A stretch of DNA of 32,000 nt from Bauldia sp. (GTDB lineage: Bacteria > Pseudomonadota > Alphaproteobacteria > Rhizobiales > Kaistiaceae), in assembly GCA_035548515.1 (NCBI GenBank), contig DASZSW010000026.1:131900-163899 (forward strand), read 5' to 3'. Numbering within the stretch: the first letter of the stretch is position 1; each line of letters begins with the position of its first letter. The notes below the pieces were generated by a model. That model saw nothing but the letters and a program-made list of their open reading frames with translations. It did no database searches and had not been told where the DNA came from. A program made the translations under genes and the position numbers. Of this stretch, positions 29,031 through 32,000 are shown one piece after another.

Positions 29031-31006
29031 TCTCCGAGCTCGGCCACTTCGCGTTGGTGCTTGCGCTGGGGCTGGCGCTCGTGCAGTCCGTGGTGCCGTT
29101 CGCGGGGGCCCTCCGCAACGACGCCCGTCTTCAGGCGATCGCGACGCCGGCGGCCCTGACGCAGTTCCTGTTCGTCGGCCTCGCCTTCGCGGCGCTCGTC
29201 CACGCCTACGTCGTGTCGGATTTCTCCGTCGCCAACGTCGTGGAGAATTCCAACTCCGCCAAGCCACTGCTCTACAAGGTCACCGGAGTGTGGTCGAACC
29301 ACGAAGGTTCGATGCTGCTCTGGGTGCTGATCCTGGCGCTGTTCGGCGCGCTGGTGGCCGCATTTGGCACGAACCTTCCCGAGAAGCTGAAGGCGCTGGT
29401 GCTGGCAGTACAGGGCTGGATCGCCGCAGCGTTCCTTCTTTTCATCCTCACCACGTCCAACCCGTTCCTGCGTGTCGCCTCGCCGCCGCTCGAGGGGAAT
29501 GACCTCAACCCGGTGCTCCAGGATATCGGCCTCGCGATCCACCCGCCGCTGCTCTACCTCGGCTACGTCGGCTGCTCGATCTCCTTCGCCTTTGCCGTCG
29601 CGGCGCTGATCGAGGGGCGCATCGACGCGGCGTGGGCGCGCTGGGCGCGGCCGTGGACACTGGCCGCATGGATGTTCCTCACGGTCGGTATCGCGATGGG
29701 CTCCTACTGGGCCTACTACGAGCTCGGCTGGGGCGGGTTCTGGTTCTGGGATCCGGTGGAGAACGCGTCGCTGATGCCTTGGCTGGCGGCGACCGCGCTG
29801 CTCCACTCCGCCGTCGTCATGGAGAAGCGCGACGCACTGAAAATATGGACCGTGCTGCTGGCGATCCTCGCCTTCTCGCTGTCGCTGATCGGCACGTTCC
29901 TCGTCCGCTCAGGCGTGCTGACCTCGGTCCACGCCTTCGCCTCGGACCCGACGCGCGGCATCTTCATCCTGTGCATCCTCATCGTCTTCATCGGCGGTGC
30001 GCTGGCGCTGTTCGCGTTCCGAGCGGGCACGCTGGCGCCGGGCGGCGTCTTCGCACCGATCAGCCGCGAGGGCGCGCTTGTCCTCAACAACGTCTTCCTT
30101 TCCGCGGCGGCTGCTACGGTGATCGTCGGCACGCTTTACCCGCTCGCGCTGGAGGCACTGACGGGCGAACGCATCTCCGTCGGCGCGCCATTCTTCAACC
30201 TGACTTTCGTACCGCTCGTTGTGCCTCTTCTGGCGATCGTGCCGTTCGGTCCGATGCTGGCCTGGAAGCGCGGTGACCTCTACGCCGCCGCGCAACGGCT
30301 GATGCTGGCGTTTGGTCTGACGCTCGGCGCGACGATCATCGGCTCGGATTTCGCCGGCGTCGACGCGACTTTGCCGCTGCTGGGCGTATGGCTTGGGCTG
30401 TGGCTGATCGGGGGTGCCATCGCCGAGCTGGCGTTCCGCACCAAGCTTGGCTTGGCGCCGCTGGCCGAAACGTGGCGGCGCGCGGCAGGCCTACCACGTT
30501 CGGCGTACGGCACCGCACTGGCGCACGCGGGCGTCGGCGTCACGGTGTTGGGCATCGTGATCGCGACGACGTGGAACAGCGAGACGATCCGCACCATGAA
30601 GGCAGGCGAGACTGCCGAGGTCGCCGACTATGCGGTGACGCTGAACGGCTTCGTCGATCGGCCGAGCGCCGACTACGATGAGACGGCGGTGCAGTTTTCC
30701 GTCCGCCGCGGCGGCTCGCTTATCGCGGTCGTGGAGCCTGCGAAGCGGCGCTATGCGACGCGGCAGACCGAGACGACGGAGGCGGGCATCCGCACCTTCG
30801 GCTTCTCTCAGCTCTACGTCTCGCTGGGCGATATTGCCGCCGACGGTTCGGTCACCGTCCGCATCTTCTGGAAGCCGTGGGTGACGTTTATCTGGTTGGG
30901 CGCGATCGTGATGGCCGCGGGTGGGCTGTTGTCGCTGAGCGACCGCCGGCTGAGGGTAGGGGCGCCGAAGCGCGCGGCGCGGCGGGAAGTGGTGGCGGCG
31001 GAATGA
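29027..31006 (+). CDS. ccmF: Cytochrome c haem lyase subunit CcmF
   Basis: A 659-aa polytopic membrane protein with the WWD motif WGGFWFWDPVENASLMPW. Confidence 0.95.
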   Translation: MISELGHFALVLALGLALVQSVVPFAGALRNDARLQAIATPAALTQFLFVGLAFAALVHAYVVSDFSVANVVENSNSAKPLLYKVTGVWSNHEGSMLLWVLILALFGALVAAFGTNLPEKLKALVLAVQGWIAAAFLLFILTTSNPFLRVASPPLEGNDLNPVLQDIGLAIHPPLLYLGYVGCSISFAFAVAALIEGRIDAAWARWARPWTLAAWMFLTVGIAMGSYWAYYELGWGGFWFWDPVENASLMPWLAATALLHSAVVMEKRDALKIWTVLLAILAFSLSLIGTFLVRSGVLTSVHAFASDPTRGIFILCILIVFIGGALALFAFRAGTLAPGGVFAPISREGALVLNNVFLSAAAATVIVGTLYPLALEALTGERISVGAPFFNLTFVPLVVPLLAIVPFGPMLAWKRGDLYAAAQRLMLAFGLTLGATIIGSDFAGVDATLPLLGVWLGLWLIGGAIAELAFRTKLGLAPLAETWRRAAGLPRSAYGTALAHAGVGVTVLGIVIATTWNSETIRTMKAGETAEVADYAVTLNGFVDRPSADYDETAVQFSVRRGGSLIAVVEPAKRRYATRQTETTEAGIRTFGFSQLYVSLGDIAADGSVTVRIFWKPWVTFIWLGAIVMAAGGLLSLSDRRLRVGAPKRAARREVVAAE

Positions 31007-31467
31007 GCCGCGCGGCACTGCTCCTCCTTCTCCTTCTGATGGCGCTGCCCGCCCACGCTGTGCAGCCGTCCGAGATGCTTCCCGATCCCGCACTGGAGGC
31101 ACGCGCCCGCACGCTGTCGGCGGAGCTGCGCTGCATGGTGTGCCAGAACCAGTCCATCGACGACTCCGACGCGCCGCTTGCCGCCGATATCCGGGTGCTG
31201 CTCCGCGAGCGAATCACTGCCGGCGACAGCGACCAGCAGGTGATCGACTTCCTTGTCGCCCGGTACGGCGAATTCATTCTTCTGAAACCGCAGTTCAACG
31301 CGCACACGGCACTGCTGTGGGTGACGCCGTTCGCAGTGCTCGTGCTGGGGGCGGGAATCGCGGCGCTGACTTGGCGCCGCCAGCGCGGGCGGGCATCGCC
31401 GCCCCTCGATCCCGCCGAACAGGAAGCCTTGCGCCGCCTCATGTCCGACGAGACGCGGCGCGGTTAA
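31003..31467 (+). CDS. ccmH: Cytochrome c haem lyase subunit CcmH (CycL)
   Basis: ATGA overlap with ccmF. Signal peptide, then the LRCMVCQNQSIDDSDAPLAADIR motif. Confidence 0.9.
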   Translation: MSRAALLLLLLLMALPAHAVQPSEMLPDPALEARARTLSAELRCMVCQNQSIDDSDAPLAADIRVLLRERITAGDSDQQVIDFLVARYGEFILLKPQFNAHTALLWVTPFAVLVLGAGIAALTWRRQRGRASPPLDPAEQEALRRLMSDETRRG

Positions 31468-31591
31468 CATTACGGAATCTTAATGGGGCTGACAGTGCTC
31501 CGTAAGGTCCTCTCTCCCATATTCTGCGGCAACTGATGACGCCCCTTTTCCGTTGGCGCCGATCGGCATCTGAGAGGCTACGGAGACTTCC

Positions 31592-32000
31592 ATGAACGAC
31601 CAGATCAACAATCAGAATTCCAGGAAGCGCAGCGTCCGTTCGCTGGCGCTCGCCGGTACCGCGCTCGCGCTCGTACTCGGTGGCGCCGTACTGGGCGGTG
31701 GTGCGCTCGAAGTAGTGCGTCCCAACGCGGCGCTCGCCGACGCAGTGTCGGTGCAGGGCGTCGAGCCGGCAAGCTTTGCCGACGTCGTCGACAAGGTCCG
31801 TCCGGCGGTGGTCAGCGTCCGCGTCAAGTCCGCGGCCGATGACGTCAGCGCCGACGACAGCGACACCCCGTTCTTCGACTTCCCCCCGGGCACGCCGATG
31901 GACCGCTTCTTCAAGCAGTTCCGTCAGCAGAACCCGAACAACAAGCAGCCGCAGCGCATGCAGACTAGCCTCGGCTCGGGCTTCATTATTTCCGAGGACG
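31592..32000 (+). CDS. degP: DegP/HtrA-family periplasmic serine protease (5' part; runs off the window)
   Basis: My own translation from ATG 31592 (ggag upstream): MNDQINNQNSRKRSVRSLALAGTALALVLGG...FADVVDKVRPAVVSVRV...TSLGSGFIISED. The frame is open to the window end. Confidence 0.85.
   Translation, partial: MNDQINNQNSRKRSVRSLALAGTALALVLGGAVLGGGALEVVRPNAALADAVSVQGVEPASFADVVDKVRPAVVSVRVKSAADDVSADDSDTPFFDFPPGTPMDRFFKQFRQQNPNNKQPQRMQTSLGSGFIISED

Noticed and set aside
22997-29806. Minus-strand ORFs 22997..24238, 24834..25601, 26170..26922, 27665..28557 and 28904..29806
   Set aside because: They are antisense to well-supported + strand genes (fibre, response regulator, kinase, ccmI, ccmF) and show typical GC-rich artefact translations.
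1-32000. Scan by eye for CRISPR arrays, tRNA/rRNA genes, integrase/transposase genes and CtrA-type TTAA-N7-TTAA boxes near the GTA promoter region
   Set aside because: I found no regularly spaced short repeats, no cloverleaf-like tRNA sequence, and no recombinase-like ORF. TTAA motifs (for example 1161, 1202 and 31464/31482) do not occur with the N7 spacing upstream of g1. This by-eye scan cannot exclude small RNAs.

Overview
This is a high-GC alphaproteobacterial chromosome segment. The REP-type hairpins look Hyphomicrobiales/Bradyrhizobiaceae-like, but that placement is inference only. All real genes read on the + strand except one small ORF.

Layout:
- 1-1.1 kb: repeat-rich non-coding DNA with one small minus-strand ORF.
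- 1.2-2.7 kb: a visibly AT-richer three-gene operon (RelE/HigB-like protein, XRE-HTH protein, unknown protein).
- 3.0-24.5 kb: an RcGTA-type gene transfer agent (GTA) head-tail cluster. It runs g1, large terminase, portal, prohead protease, HK97 capsid, g6-g15, a DUF2793/collar tail fibre and holin-like membrane proteins. No integrase, repressor or replication genes are visible in the window.
- 24.5-32 kb: ordinary core genes, namely a PepSY protein, an OmpR-type response regulator with its histidine kinase, a glycine-zipper lipoprotein, ccmI-ccmE-ccmF-ccmH, and the 5' part of a DegP/HtrA protease.

The GTA cluster is interrupted in unusual ways. The main finding is that the portal gene carries a ~120-aa C-terminal extension followed by a small acidic ORF. 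Downstream lie two further truncated copies of the portal 3' end. The first is fused in frame to a different C-terminal domain and followed by its own small ORF. This is the nested 'displaced tip plus orphan module' layout known from CDI/Rhs/MuF polymorphic toxin-immunity loci, here attached to a GTA portal.

Other oddities:
- An aldo/keto reductase insertion between terminase and portal.
- REP/MITE-like palindromes inside the operon.
- A chimeric tail fibre with an 85-aa tandem repeat and a split collar domain.
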